Part shown: positions 34,368-43,975 of the stretch, in pieces
How positions within the stretch are numbered: the first letter of the stretch is position 1
How the letters are laid out: each line of letters opens with the position of its first letter
DNA from: an uncultured Treponemataceae bacterium
Lineage (GTDB): Bacteria > Spirochaetota > Spirochaetia > Treponematales > Rectinemataceae
Direction of reading: 5' to 3'
DNA: 64,000 bases
NCBI GenBank assembly: GCA_964399065.1
Contig: CAYNPQ010000001.1
Coordinates: forward strand, 8,717 to 72,716
The notes under the pieces: generated by a model
Seen by the model: only the letters and a program-made list of their open reading frames with translations
Databases searched by the model: none
What the model was told of the DNA's origin: nothing
Translations under genes and position numbers: made by a program

Positions 34368-37300
34368 ATGATCGGACTCTACGCCAAGATACCCTTCCAC
34401 TCCCAGCTCCGGAAGGCCGACGACAAGCTGGCCGCCGACCTCTCCCGCATCGCCCGCGAGGCGGCAGCCTCCTTCGGCGGCGTCCTCCATCCCACCGAGG
34501 AATCCTTCTTCCTCTGCTTCGACGACTCCCTCCTCCCCTGCAGGCTCCGGGCGGCCGAGGCGGCGCGCTACCTCGCGTCCCGGCTCAAGGGACTGGCGCC
34601 CCGGCTCCACGGCTGGTCCCTCTTCTTGAAAACAGGCTTCGCCCTGCCCGAGGAGGGCCTGCGCGAGGCACGGCGCCTCTGGTACGGCACGGACGCGGAC
34701 GGTCTTTTCCTCTCCCCCGAGGCCGCGGCGGCCTTCGCGCCCTACTTCAGGGCGAAGGCCGAGCCTTCGAGCGGGAGCGGACCCGGCTCGCCCTGCCTTC
34801 GGGTGACCGAAGCCCCCTACGCGACCCGAGCCCTCCCCGTGGAGGGCTCCCTCTCCATGAAAGACGAGCGCGCGATCGAGCGCATCGTCGACGAGATCGG
34901 CGAGCAGGTCCTCGGCGAGGGGCGCTCCCGCTGCGTGGCGGTCCTGGGCCCGGGAGGGACCGCGGGAGTCCAACTCGAGGCTGCCCTCGAGACTCTCTAC
35001 AAGGGCGAGGCGGCGGGCTTCCTCAGGTTGCGGGCCCCCGCATGCTCCGGCCTCCCCTTCGGCCCGGTCGTGGAGGGCCTCGCCTCGCTGGCCGTACCCT
35101 CCGCCGAGCTCAGGCAGGCGGAATTCCTCTCCGGAGCCGAACGTGGCCTCCTCGAGGAACTGGGCCCCATGCTCGAGCTCATCCGCCGTTCGCCGTACCG
35201 GCAAGTCTACTCCGCCACCTTCGAGGTGCGACTCCGGCTTCGCGCGGCCGCGGCCTTCAGGCTCTACGCCAGGGAGCGCCGCAGCCGCTCCCTCCCTCCC
35301 TTCGTCCTCCTCGAGGAGGTCGAGCGCTTCCCCCCGGAATCGATCGCCCTCCTCGCCGACCTGATCGGAGGCAAGCTCGCCGACGAGGGCCTGTCGGTGC
35401 TGGCCTCCGGAAGGGCCCTGCCCGAGGGCTGGCCCTCCGTCCCGCTTCGCCGCGCCGCCGTCGCGGGGCCGAGCCCCTCGGCCATCGCGAAGGCCTCCCG
35501 CGAGGCCGCGGAGGCGATGGGCGAGCCCGGGCGCGCGGCGGAACTCGCCGCGGCCGCGGCGGGAGACCCCTTCCGCCTGCGGCTCGCGCAAAGGATCGCC
35601 TTGGCGGGGCCCGCGCCCGGCCAGGCAGTGACGACGGCCGAGCTGGCCGCGGCGGCGCTGTCGACCTTCCCCCCCGAATACGCGGGCTTCTTCCTCGCGC
35701 TGAGGCTCTGCGAAGGCGCCCTGGACCAAGCCGGCACCGAGGACTTCCTGGACTCGATCGGCTACGTCTCCGGGATCAGGCCGCTCATCCAAAACGCCCT
35801 CGCCGAGCTCGGCCTCGTCGAACTCGGGCTCGCCGAGCGGGGCCCCCTCCCCCGCCTCGCCTCCCCCGAGGTCGCGACCGCCATCGAATCGGCCGTCGCG
35901 GACGGGGGCGAGTCCATCGTCAAGGCCTTCGCCGCCCGCCTCCTCGAGCTCCGGGACAAGAGGCGGATCCTCCCCTCGGCCGGCCTGTACCGGCGGATCG
36001 CCGCCGGCATCGGGCAGGGCTGGGGCAGGTACGGGAACCTCAGGCTTTTCCTCGACTGCGTGGCCGCCGACGGCGTCTACGGCTCCTCGGGAGTGGTCGC
36101 GGCCGAGGCGGCCATGCCCCTCGCCGCGATGGGCGCCTTCCTCGCCGCCTACGCGGAGCGCGAGCGGGAGCCCGCCCTCGCCCTCCTCGCCGACCTCGAG
36201 TCCACGGCCGAGCGCCTGGCCGCGGGGGGCCCCGCCTCCGCCGCCGAATCGGCCGACGCCTCCGTGCTGCGGGGCAGCCTCGCCCTCGCGCGGGGGGCCG
36301 CCGAGTACGCCGACCGCCGGCCCCAGGCCGCGGCCTCCAAGGCCAAGGCCGCCCTCATCGAACTCCATTCCCGGGGCGCGCCCGCCTCCTGCGCGCGGGC
36401 CCAGCGCCTCCTCGGCCTCTGCTCGCTCGCGCAGGAGCAGGTGCAGGAAGGCTCCGACTACCTCGCCAACGCCTTCGAGCTGGCCGAGTCGGTGCCCGAC
36501 CCCCTCGAGTGCATCCTCTCGGCCGAGGCCGAGGCGGCCTCGCACTTCCTCCTCGGCGACCTCAGGCGGGCGAGGCAGCGCGCGCGCTCGGCCGCGGCCT
36601 GGGCGGAGAAGTCCTACCGCGCGGACTGGGAGGCGGCCTGTGCCTTCGTCGACGGCAGGATCGCCCTCGAGCTCGGCGATTGCCGCGCGGCGGAGGAGTC
36701 CTTCGGTCGCGTGCGCGCCGAGGCGAGGGTCTACGATCGGGCCCAGGCCGCGGCGCGGGCCGAGATCTGGACCGGGCGCTCGGCGGCCTGGGCGGGCGAG
36801 GCCGGGCGGGCCCGCGACATCCTCGGCCGCCATCCCGCCGACGCCGAGGCCCTCTGGTTCCTAGCCGAGCTCGAGGCCTGGGAGGGACGGCCCGCGGAGG
36901 CCCGCGACCTCGCCGAGCGCGCCCTCGGGGCGGTCGGCCCGCGCGAGTATCCCTCCGCCGACGCCTTCTCCTGGGCCTCGGGCTTCGAGTCCGTGGAGGA
37001 GCGGGCCGTCGGCTTCTGCGGCGCGCGCTCCTTCCTCGAGGACCAGATCCTCGCCTTCCGCGACTTCGCCGCGGGCATGTCGGAGCCCGGGGTCGAGGGG
37101 CCGAGGAGGGCGGAGCTCCTCGCCATCAGGGCGAGAGAGGAGCGGCTCGCGGCCCTCCACCCCGCGGCCCACCTCTTCCTTTTCTACCGCTACCTCGTCC
37201 TCGAGGAATGCTCGCCGGCCTCGATGGACGGGGCGACCTCGCTGAGCAAGGCCTTCAAGGCCCTCCAGACCCGCGCCGGGCGGATGGAGGAGGCGAAGCT

Positions 37301-37376
37301 CAAGGACTCCTTCATGGAGGGCAATCCCTGGAACCGGCGCCTCCTCGCGGAGGCCAAGGCGAGGAAGCTCATATGA
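34368..37376 (+). CDS. Large cyclase-like(?)/AAA_16-like/TPR protein with degenerate catalytic motifs
   Basis: 1002 aa. The middle region has VAVLGPGGTAGV where a Walker A GxxGxGK[ST] is expected, plus a Walker-B-like PFVLLEEVERF..SIALLADLI. The C-terminal half (about 550 aa) consists of Ala/Leu/Arg-rich TPR-like helices. Confidence 0.6.
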   Translation: MIGLYAKIPFHSQLRKADDKLAADLSRIAREAAASFGGVLHPTEESFFLCFDDSLLPCRLRAAEAARYLASRLKGLAPRLHGWSLFLKTGFALPEEGLREARRLWYGTDADGLFLSPEAAAAFAPYFRAKAEPSSGSGPGSPCLRVTEAPYATRALPVEGSLSMKDERAIERIVDEIGEQVLGEGRSRCVAVLGPGGTAGVQLEAALETLYKGEAAGFLRLRAPACSGLPFGPVVEGLASLAVPSAELRQAEFLSGAERGLLEELGPMLELIRRSPYRQVYSATFEVRLRLRAAAAFRLYARERRSRSLPPFVLLEEVERFPPESIALLADLIGGKLADEGLSVLASGRALPEGWPSVPLRRAAVAGPSPSAIAKASREAAEAMGEPGRAAELAAAAAGDPFRLRLAQRIALAGPAPGQAVTTAELAAAALSTFPPEYAGFFLALRLCEGALDQAGTEDFLDSIGYVSGIRPLIQNALAELGLVELGLAERGPLPRLASPEVATAIESAVADGGESIVKAFAARLLELRDKRRILPSAGLYRRIAAGIGQGWGRYGNLRLFLDCVAADGVYGSSGVVAAEAAMPLAAMGAFLAAYAEREREPALALLADLESTAERLAAGGPASAAESADASVLRGSLALARGAAEYADRRPQAAASKAKAALIELHSRGAPASCARAQRLLGLCSLAQEQVQEGSDYLANAFELAESVPDPLECILSAEAEAASHFLLGDLRRARQRARSAAAWAEKSYRADWEAACAFVDGRIALELGDCRAAEESFGRVRAEARVYDRAQAAARAEIWTGRSAAWAGEAGRARDILGRHPADAEALWFLAELEAWEGRPAEARDLAERALGAVGPREYPSADAFSWASGFESVEERAVGFCGARSFLEDQILAFRDFAAGMSEPGVEGPRRAELLAIRAREERLAALHPAAHLFLFYRYLVLEECSPASMDGATSLSKAFKALQTRAGRMEEAKLKDSFMEGNPWNRRLLAEAKARKLI

Positions 37377-38338
37377 GCGGCATCGGCAAGGAGATCGAGG
37401 GCGCCTGCTACCACGCGGCGCGGGGCTTCCTCCCGCAGCTCCTCGAGGAGCTCCCGGACCGCGACCGGCTTGACGGCGAGCTCGTCACGGTGCTCGGGCC
37501 CGAGCGCCGCGCCTACTGGACGCGCAACGTCTGGCGCCGGCCCCTCCGCATCGAGTTCTCCTCGGTGGGCGAGGCGGCCAAGGCGCTCAGGGCCATCCAG
37601 CGCAATTGGGCCCCCCTCCCCGCCCGACTCCACCGCCGCACGGCCCTCATCGCCGAGAAGCTCCCTCCCCTGCCGCAGAAGCCCAAGCGCTTCCCCTTCG
37701 ATCCTCCCGCCGTGCCGATGGGCGCCTTCACCCTCCTCGACGAGGGCTGCATGCTCGCTTCGCCCGACTGCTCGAGCCCCTTCCCCAACGGCGAATTCGA
37801 GTTCGAGGAGGACAAGGAAGGCCCGCCGAGCCGCGCCTACCGCAAGCTCTGGGAGGCACTCGTGCTGGCGGGGGCCAGGCCGGGCCCGGGCGAGCGCTGC
37901 GTCGACGCGGGCGCCTCGCCCGGCGGCTGGACCTGGGCCCTCGCGGGCCTCGGCGCCGAGGTCCTCGCCATCGACCGGGCGGAGCTGGAATCGCGCATCG
38001 CGGCCCTACCCTCGGTGCGGACCCTGCGGCACGACGCCTTCACCCTCAAGCCCGAGGAGATCGGAAACGTAGACTGGCTCTGCTCCGACGTCATCTGCTA
38101 TCCCCCCGCCCTCCTCGAGTGGATCGAGAGATGGCTCGCCGCGGGCCTCGCGCGCAACTTCGTCTGCACGATCAAGATGCAGGGGCCCGGCTTCGACAAG
38201 GCCACGACCGACCGCTTCGCTGCGATACCGGGCTCCCGCGTCCTACACCTCTGGCACAACCGCCACGAGCTCACCTGGATCAACCTCGAGCGCGACCGCC
38301 GGCCCGAGGAAAGCGCGGCTCCGGCTATAGAAACTTGA
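37373..38338 (+). CDS. rlmM: 23S rRNA 2'-O-ribose (C2498) methyltransferase RlmM-like
   Basis: Last 321 codons of track ORF 34289..38338. PSRAYRKLWEAL, SAM motif VDAGASPGGWTWAL, and WLCSDVICYPPALLEWIERWL (compare E. coli RlmM [21 protein letters not shown]). ATGA overlap with the upstream gene. Confidence 0.8.
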   Translation: MSGIGKEIEGACYHAARGFLPQLLEELPDRDRLDGELVTVLGPERRAYWTRNVWRRPLRIEFSSVGEAAKALRAIQRNWAPLPARLHRRTALIAEKLPPLPQKPKRFPFDPPAVPMGAFTLLDEGCMLASPDCSSPFPNGEFEFEEDKEGPPSRAYRKLWEALVLAGARPGPGERCVDAGASPGGWTWALAGLGAEVLAIDRAELESRIAALPSVRTLRHDAFTLKPEEIGNVDWLCSDVICYPPALLEWIERWLAAGLARNFVCTIKMQGPGFDKATTDRFAAIPGSRVLHLWHNRHELTWINLERDRRPEESAAPAIET

Positions 38339-38395
38339 CTCCGCGCGGCGGGCGCGGTACTACTTCAGGATCGACCGACCCTCCCGGAGGCACCG

Positions 38396-41248
38396 ATGCA
38401 CCGCAGCGCCGCTCCCGCCCTCGCCCTCGCGCTACTCCTCGCGTCCTGCGGCGCCTCGCCGGGCGGGAGCGATCCCGGGAAGGTCGACGACCCGGGGAAA
38501 GCTCCCTTGACGAGCATCCCCGCCGTCCTGCGGGGCATCTACCTCGAGGTCGGCACGAAGAACGAGATCTACGTCGCCGACACCTACGTGAAGCGCAGCG
38601 TACCGCGACTGAACAACGCGCCCCTCGAGACCACCTTCGCCTTCGGCTCGGCGAGCTACGACGAAGCCGCGGGCCTCGCGACGGCTGCCTGCGGCGAGTT
38701 CGGCCTCGCTTCGAAGAACGACATCGTCCTCGCCACGATCGCGGACGGCGAGCCCTTCTTCATCGTCCGCAAGGCCCCCTTGAACACGATCAAGGCCGCG
38801 GCGATGTACCAGAGCACGGCGGCCGGTAGGGCCTTGAGCTCGGCCGCCGGCATCAGCCTCGTCATCAGGAACGTGCTCCAGACCGAGACGAAGACGGTCG
38901 CCGCCGACGCGACGGATGGGAGCTTCTCGATACCCGGGGCCGTTCCCGGCGACGCCTACACGGTGACGCCCCAGCTGCCCGGGGGAGTCGTCGCGCCCTC
39001 CTTCACCGTGGTCTCCACGCCGAACATGAGCGAGTGCCCGGGCGGCACCATCGCCATCCCCCAGGCGGGCGTGGCCGGGGCATTCAAGGCGACCCTCCGC
39101 TACGATTCCCAATCCGCGCCGGAGGGCACCTTCGTCGACGAGTTCGCCTACCACTACGCGGGCCTGGCCTACAAGTTCAAGCTCGAGGTCCAGAACGTCG
39201 GCGAGGCCGACAGCCTTGCCTCGGTCGCCGTCGCGTGGACCGGCGCATCCTCGGCCCCGACCACCTTCGCCGGCCTCGCGGGCGCCTATGCCAAGGGCGA
39301 GAAAAAGAGCGCCGACCTCGAGCTCGTCGCCGAATCGCCCGCGGGAGAGGCGGAGTACAGCGACCTCCTCGGCTCCGTGACGATGGGCGGGACAGGCGGG
39401 CTCGAGTGGAAGGACGAGGTCGGCCATCGCTTTTATGTGAACGAGCGGGCGACCCTCGCCATGAAAACCTTCCAGGCGGTCTCGGTCACCATCATCGACC
39501 CCGAGGGCAAGACCACGGCCATCGCGGGCGATCCATTCAACCAATGGGATGCCGCGGCCACCTTCCCGCGGCGCAAGGCCGGCTATCGCGTCGGCGTCAT
39601 GCACCACCCGAGCTCCTACGACGTCCTCTACTCCCTGGCCCTGGAAGGCCGGACCATGGCGGACGGCATCGCCCGGGTCGCCGCCCCGACCGCCGTCGCC
39701 GACTACGGCTCGAACCCCGCCCTGAGGCTTTCCTTCGAGGATGCGGGAGCGACGAACTTCGGCAACGACGCCCCGCCCGCATCCCTCGCCACGGCGGCAG
39801 AGGCCCAGATCATCCGGCCGGGCGAGTCCGTAGTCTCCAGCCTCGCGGGCGGGGAGAGCGTCGCCGACGTCGACTGGTGGGCCCTCGGCTTCGACGCCGC
39901 GAGGGGGACGAGCCCCGCCGTCGCCGATGCATCCTTCCCCCTTGCCGCGGAGCCTTATCAGATGAACGGCTCCGGGCGACTCGTCGGACCGCCGACCCTC
40001 GCCCTCGATGCCGACGACCTGCCCCACGTCTTCTTCTACAGCTGGATCATGGCGAAGGACGAGTTCACCAACACCTACGAAGCTTGCGGCCAGCTCTTGC
40101 TCGAGCACGCCTGGCGCTCCGCGAGCGGCTCCTGGTCGCGCGAGACGGTGGCCGACCTCTCCGACCCCGCGTCCAATGCGGCACCCCTCCGGCGTGTTCC
40201 ATTGTTCATCGACGGCCTCGTCTCGGCCTTCCCGAGCGCCGACGGCTCGTGGAAGGTGGCCTTCTGCAGTTGGCACTGGCTCCCGGGCGACGAGCGCTAC
40301 GGCGACGTCGCAGAGGCCCGGCCCCGCATCGCCACGGGCAGTCCCGGCGGCCCATGGACGGTCGGCCCCGCACCGACCGACCCGAACCTCATCATCGACC
40401 TCTCCACCCATATCCGCAGCTCCGCGGGCCTGGCCGGCTCGCTCAACGGTTCGGTCTGGATCGCCGAGACCGCCACGATGCGCGCCACCTTCACGGCTCC
40501 CCTCATCGTACGCCGGGATCCCGCCGGCGCCCTCCACCTCGCCTACCGCAGGACGCGGGTCGATACGATCACGAACGACAAATCCGGCAACGTCGCCTTC
40601 TATTACTCGACAGCGAGCGGCGACTCATGGTCGTCTCCGCTGCAGGTGAACGCATCGTACGACTCGAGCGCGGAGCGGAATCAGGCCCTCCTCTACGGCA
40701 TGGACCTCTCCGGGACGGCGCCGATCGTCTGGGCCTCCCGGTTCGGAGGCCTGCGCGCCTTCGAACGCAAGGTCGGCGGCTACACGCCCTTCGTCTACAA
40801 CGACGCCGACCAGAATCCCTTCGGGAAGGGCAGCCTCCTGGGCTTCCGCGCCCTCGACGACGGGAAGCCCCTCTTCGCCGCCAGCCACTTAGGGCAGCTC
40901 CTCGTCTGCGAGGCGCAGGACGGCACGGGCTACGCCGGCATGGGCATCGTCGGTGGCGCCGCCCCCGCGACCCGGGGGAACTTCCTCTTCTCGGCCGGCC
41001 CCCCCGGGCCCGACGACAACGCGAAATTCCGCCTCGTCGTGGCCCGCCTCGACCGCCAAAATTTCCGGACGAGCCACCATCCGGCACTGGTCCAGCCCTC
41101 CGGGTCGATGGGCCAGCAGGTGAACACCGCGCCCGACCTCCTCCTCCGCCTGGCGCCGCGGGCCGACGGGGGCGCATGGGCCCTCCTCCTGTGGAAGGCG
41201 CCCTATTCGGACTCCTGGGGCTACGAGCTGCACGATATGCGATACTAA
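38396..41248 (+). CDS. Large lipoprotein with C-terminal Asp-box (BNR) motifs, function unknown
   Basis: 950 aa with lipobox ALLLASC. Asp-box-like SASGSWSRE, SADGSWKV and STASGDSWSSP in the C-terminal half suggest a beta-propeller. Confidence 0.6.
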   Translation: MHRSAAPALALALLLASCGASPGGSDPGKVDDPGKAPLTSIPAVLRGIYLEVGTKNEIYVADTYVKRSVPRLNNAPLETTFAFGSASYDEAAGLATAACGEFGLASKNDIVLATIADGEPFFIVRKAPLNTIKAAAMYQSTAAGRALSSAAGISLVIRNVLQTETKTVAADATDGSFSIPGAVPGDAYTVTPQLPGGVVAPSFTVVSTPNMSECPGGTIAIPQAGVAGAFKATLRYDSQSAPEGTFVDEFAYHYAGLAYKFKLEVQNVGEADSLASVAVAWTGASSAPTTFAGLAGAYAKGEKKSADLELVAESPAGEAEYSDLLGSVTMGGTGGLEWKDEVGHRFYVNERATLAMKTFQAVSVTIIDPEGKTTAIAGDPFNQWDAAATFPRRKAGYRVGVMHHPSSYDVLYSLALEGRTMADGIARVAAPTAVADYGSNPALRLSFEDAGATNFGNDAPPASLATAAEAQIIRPGESVVSSLAGGESVADVDWWALGFDAARGTSPAVADASFPLAAEPYQMNGSGRLVGPPTLALDADDLPHVFFYSWIMAKDEFTNTYEACGQLLLEHAWRSASGSWSRETVADLSDPASNAAPLRRVPLFIDGLVSAFPSADGSWKVAFCSWHWLPGDERYGDVAEARPRIATGSPGGPWTVGPAPTDPNLIIDLSTHIRSSAGLAGSLNGSVWIAETATMRATFTAPLIVRRDPAGALHLAYRRTRVDTITNDKSGNVAFYYSTASGDSWSSPLQVNASYDSSAERNQALLYGMDLSGTAPIVWASRFGGLRAFERKVGGYTPFVYNDADQNPFGKGSLLGFRALDDGKPLFAASHLGQLLVCEAQDGTGYAGMGIVGGAAPATRGNFLFSAGPPGPDDNAKFRLVVARLDRQNFRTSHHPALVQPSGSMGQQVNTAPDLLLRLAPRADGGAWALLLWKAPYSDSWGYELHDMRY

Positions 41249-41372
41249 TCCCATCCTTCTTGCGGGAACTTCGGGCCGGGCCACGGAGAAGGTTCACGGC
41301 AGCCGCGGCAGCGGCAATCGCCGCGCGGCGCGGGCTTGCGGAAGTCCCGCCGTCGGCGCTAGGCTCGCGGTC

Positions 41373-43061
41373 ATGGAAAGCGCACGCGTCAAGGAACTCG
41401 CCCTGGCCCTCACCACCTTCCCGAGCGTGACCGACAGCCCCGGGGAAGGCCGCTTCGCCCCCTTCCTCCGGGACATGCTCGCGGCCTGGCCTTGTTTCGC
41501 GCAACGTCCCGGAGACCTGCGCCTCCTCAGGACCCTGGACGACGGGGTCGAGCGCCACGTCCTCGCGGCCCTCGCGCGCCGACCCGGCGCGGCGCGCGGC
41601 GTCGACGCCGGCAGCTTCGCTGACGCCGGGCCCACGGTCATCCTCACGGGCCACTACGACGTGGTGAGCAGCGCCTGCTACGGCGCCCTCGAGGGCAGCG
41701 CCTTCGATCCCGTACCCCTCGCGCGGGGGCTCGTCGCCGAGCTCGAGGCGGGCGAGCGCGCCGGCCGCCTCGGCGAGGACGAGGCCCGGGCCCTCGCGGA
41801 CCTGCGCTCCGGCGAATTCATCCCCGGCCGCGGCCTCCTCGACATGAAGGCGGGGCTCGCCGCGGGTCTCGCCCTCCTCGAGGAGTTCTCCGGAGGCGGG
41901 ATCGAGGCGCCGGGCTCCCTCCTCTTCCTCGCCGTGCCCGACGAGGAAGGCTCCTCCCACGGCATGCTGAGCGCGGTCCGACTCCTCCCGGAGCTGCTCC
42001 GCGAATGGGGCGCCCGCCCGGTCGCCGCCATCAACCTCGACGCCTCGGTGGACCAGGGCGCGGGCGAGCGCGTCCGCGCCGTCTTCCTCGGCTCGGTCGG
42101 CAAGCTCCATCCCTTCGCGCTCTTCGTCGGCAGGCCGAGCCACGCGGGCGCGCCCTTCGACGGGGTGAATCCCGCCCTCCTCGCGGCCGAGTTCGCGCGG
42201 CGCATCGAGTGCTCCGGCGGCCTCTTCGCCCCGCGGCCGGGCGACGCCCGGGAGGCCGAGCCGCCATCGCCCCCGACGATCCTGTACCACCGCGACCTGC
42301 GCGACCACTACGACGTGACGACGCCCGGCTCGGTCTTCGTGTCGGCCAACCTCCTCGTCCACGACCGCGGCCCCGCCGAGGCCCTGGATGCCGTGTCGCG
42401 CATCGCGGCGGAGGCGATGGAGGCGGGTCTCGGCCTGCTCCGCGAAAGGGCGGCGGCCTACTCCCTGGCCTCGGGGAGCGAGGCCGCCATCCCCGACCGC
42501 CCCGCCCGCGTCCTCGGCTGGGCCGGGCTCGAGGCCGCCGCGAGGGCCGCCGCGCCGCAGGCCTACGAGGAGGCCCGCGCCAAGGCCCTGGCGGCTCCCG
42601 ACCGCATGGAGGCCCTCGCCGCGCTGGCGGCCGAGGCGGCGAGGCTCGCCGGGCTCGAAGGCCCCGCGGCCGTCGTCGGGCTCGCCCCGCCCTACTATCC
42701 CCGCGCGAGCCTCGACGCCGCCCGCGACGCCCGCCTCCTCGAGCTGATCCGGCGCGAGGCGGCGGCATTCGAGGTCGAGGGCAAGGGCGCAATCGCCCTC
42801 CGCCCCTTCTTCCCCGGGATCTCGGACATGAGCTTCCTCTATCCCGGGGACGAGGCCCAGGCGCGGAAGCTCGCCTCCGAGGCCTGCCCCCTGGGCCTTG
42901 ATCCCCTGCCCGCCGGCTTCTCCTGCCCGGCCGTCAACATTGGGCCCTGGGGTCGCGAGTACCACCAACGGCTGGAGCGGGTCCACGCCGACTATGCCTT
43001 CAGGCTCCTGCCCGAGCTCCTGCGCCGGGTGGCCCTCGCCTTCCTCCGCGAAGGCGCCTGA
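41373..43061 (+). CDS. M20-family metallopeptidase/amidohydrolase (RocB-like size)
   Basis: 562 aa with VILTGHYDVV, GRGLLDMKAGLAAGLALLEEF and LFLAVPDEEGSSHGM (M20 metal-ligand contexts). Confidence 0.75.
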   Translation: MESARVKELALALTTFPSVTDSPGEGRFAPFLRDMLAAWPCFAQRPGDLRLLRTLDDGVERHVLAALARRPGAARGVDAGSFADAGPTVILTGHYDVVSSACYGALEGSAFDPVPLARGLVAELEAGERAGRLGEDEARALADLRSGEFIPGRGLLDMKAGLAAGLALLEEFSGGGIEAPGSLLFLAVPDEEGSSHGMLSAVRLLPELLREWGARPVAAINLDASVDQGAGERVRAVFLGSVGKLHPFALFVGRPSHAGAPFDGVNPALLAAEFARRIECSGGLFAPRPGDAREAEPPSPPTILYHRDLRDHYDVTTPGSVFVSANLLVHDRGPAEALDAVSRIAAEAMEAGLGLLRERAAAYSLASGSEAAIPDRPARVLGWAGLEAAARAAAPQAYEEARAKALAAPDRMEALAALAAEAARLAGLEGPAAVVGLAPPYYPRASLDAARDARLLELIRREAAAFEVEGKGAIALRPFFPGISDMSFLYPGDEAQARKLASEACPLGLDPLPAGFSCPAVNIGPWGREYHQRLERVHADYAFRLLPELLRRVALAFLREGA

Positions 43062-43143
43062 GCTCGGCGCGGCATGGCTAGGATCTCGGCATAATTTATG
43101 CAGTATAATTAGACATTCGATATATTCAGAGCGACATATACTC

Positions 43144-43172
43144 TTGACTCTGTGCCTCCTAATAATTAGTAT
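43144..43172 (+). promoter_or_regulatory. Sigma-70-type promoter candidate (TTGACT-N17-TAGTAT) in an AT-rich island
   Basis: Hexamers at 43144..43149 and 43167..43172. A second perfect TATAAT lies at 43104..43109, preceded by the palindrome gcataaTttatgc (43089..43101). Confidence 0.4.
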
Positions 43173-43258
43173 TCCCGTTGCGCCTATCCGGCACGGGCCG
43201 GACAAGGGGCTCGCCGTTCCCGACCCGGACGGCGCGATTCTCCAGGAGGAACCGACCC

Positions 43259-43951
43259 ATGAAGAGACTGATCGTAGCAATCGCGGTCCTGCTCGCCGCG
43301 GGAGCCGCCTTCGCCGCGGATCTCCAGATCGACTACCAGATGAACGTCGCCGTCACCGACTACGCGAACAACTACCTCACCGTGAAGGGCCCCGCCGTCA
43401 CCCTCGCGAAGGACCAGTTCGACGCCGGCACGGGCGCCTCCAAGCTCGAGTCCACGGCCATGTTCAACATCTACCGGAACGACATCTACAACGGCAAGCT
43501 GATGCCCGGCGCCCTCCGCTCGCTCTTCCTCTACCCCGTGGCCGACGAGGCCACCCGCCTCGGCGACAACCTCCAGGTCGCCAAGGCCGCCAACGGCGTC
43601 ATCACCATCCGCTACACCCACCGCGGCACCGCCAACGAGATCGTCACCGACGCCGCCGGCAAGCTCAGCTTCCCCGGCCTCGTCGTGAAGGCCCGCAAGA
43701 TCGGCCACACCGACAACGTCATCCACCCCGACTTCTCCAAGGACGGGAAGGCGACCGGCGTCGACTGGGCCAAGGTCTGGGACGCCTCCATCGCCGACGG
43801 CAAGGTCGTCGGGGCCACCAGCTCCAAGACCGGCAAGATCACTGACGACACCGCCAACTCCAAGGTCTACGGCTACAAGGGCGACCTCCAGGTCACCTTC
43901 GACGGCAAGATCCTCAAGATCGCCGGCACCCTGACCATCGAGGACAAGTAA
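43259..43951 (+). CDS. Secreted/periplasmic protein of unknown function (230 aa)
   Basis: Track ORF trimmed to ATG 43259 (CAGGAGGA RBS). MKRLIVAIAVLLAAGAAFA|ADL signal peptide. Strongly C/G-ending codons, followed by a strong terminator. Confidence 0.65.
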   Translation: MKRLIVAIAVLLAAGAAFAADLQIDYQMNVAVTDYANNYLTVKGPAVTLAKDQFDAGTGASKLESTAMFNIYRNDIYNGKLMPGALRSLFLYPVADEATRLGDNLQVAKAANGVITIRYTHRGTANEIVTDAAGKLSFPGLVVKARKIGHTDNVIHPDFSKDGKATGVDWAKVWDASIADGKVVGATSSKTGKITDDTANSKVYGYKGDLQVTFDGKILKIAGTLTIEDK

Positions 43952-43975
43952 GACCGGTTTCCGACGCGAGACGAT

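Noticed and set aside
34116-36833. 905-aa minus-strand ORF, and the first 1028 codons of the 34289..38338 plus-strand ORF.
   Set aside because: Both overlap the 1002-aa TPR gene in other frames and are Arg/Gly/Pro-rich. Only the last 321 codons of 34289..38338 (rlmM) look coding.
34368-37376. Reading the 1002-aa ATPase-TPR protein as an Avs/STAND-type antiviral sensor.
   Set aside because: The Walker A lysine is missing and there is no recognisable nuclease, protease or other effector domain. The gene is embedded among housekeeping and signalling genes with native-looking composition.
40569-43280. 903-aa minus-strand ORF across the lipoprotein 3' end and the M20 peptidase.
   Set aside because: An antisense artefact with low-complexity Arg/Gly/Pro/Ala composition. 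The + strand genes have recognisable motifs.
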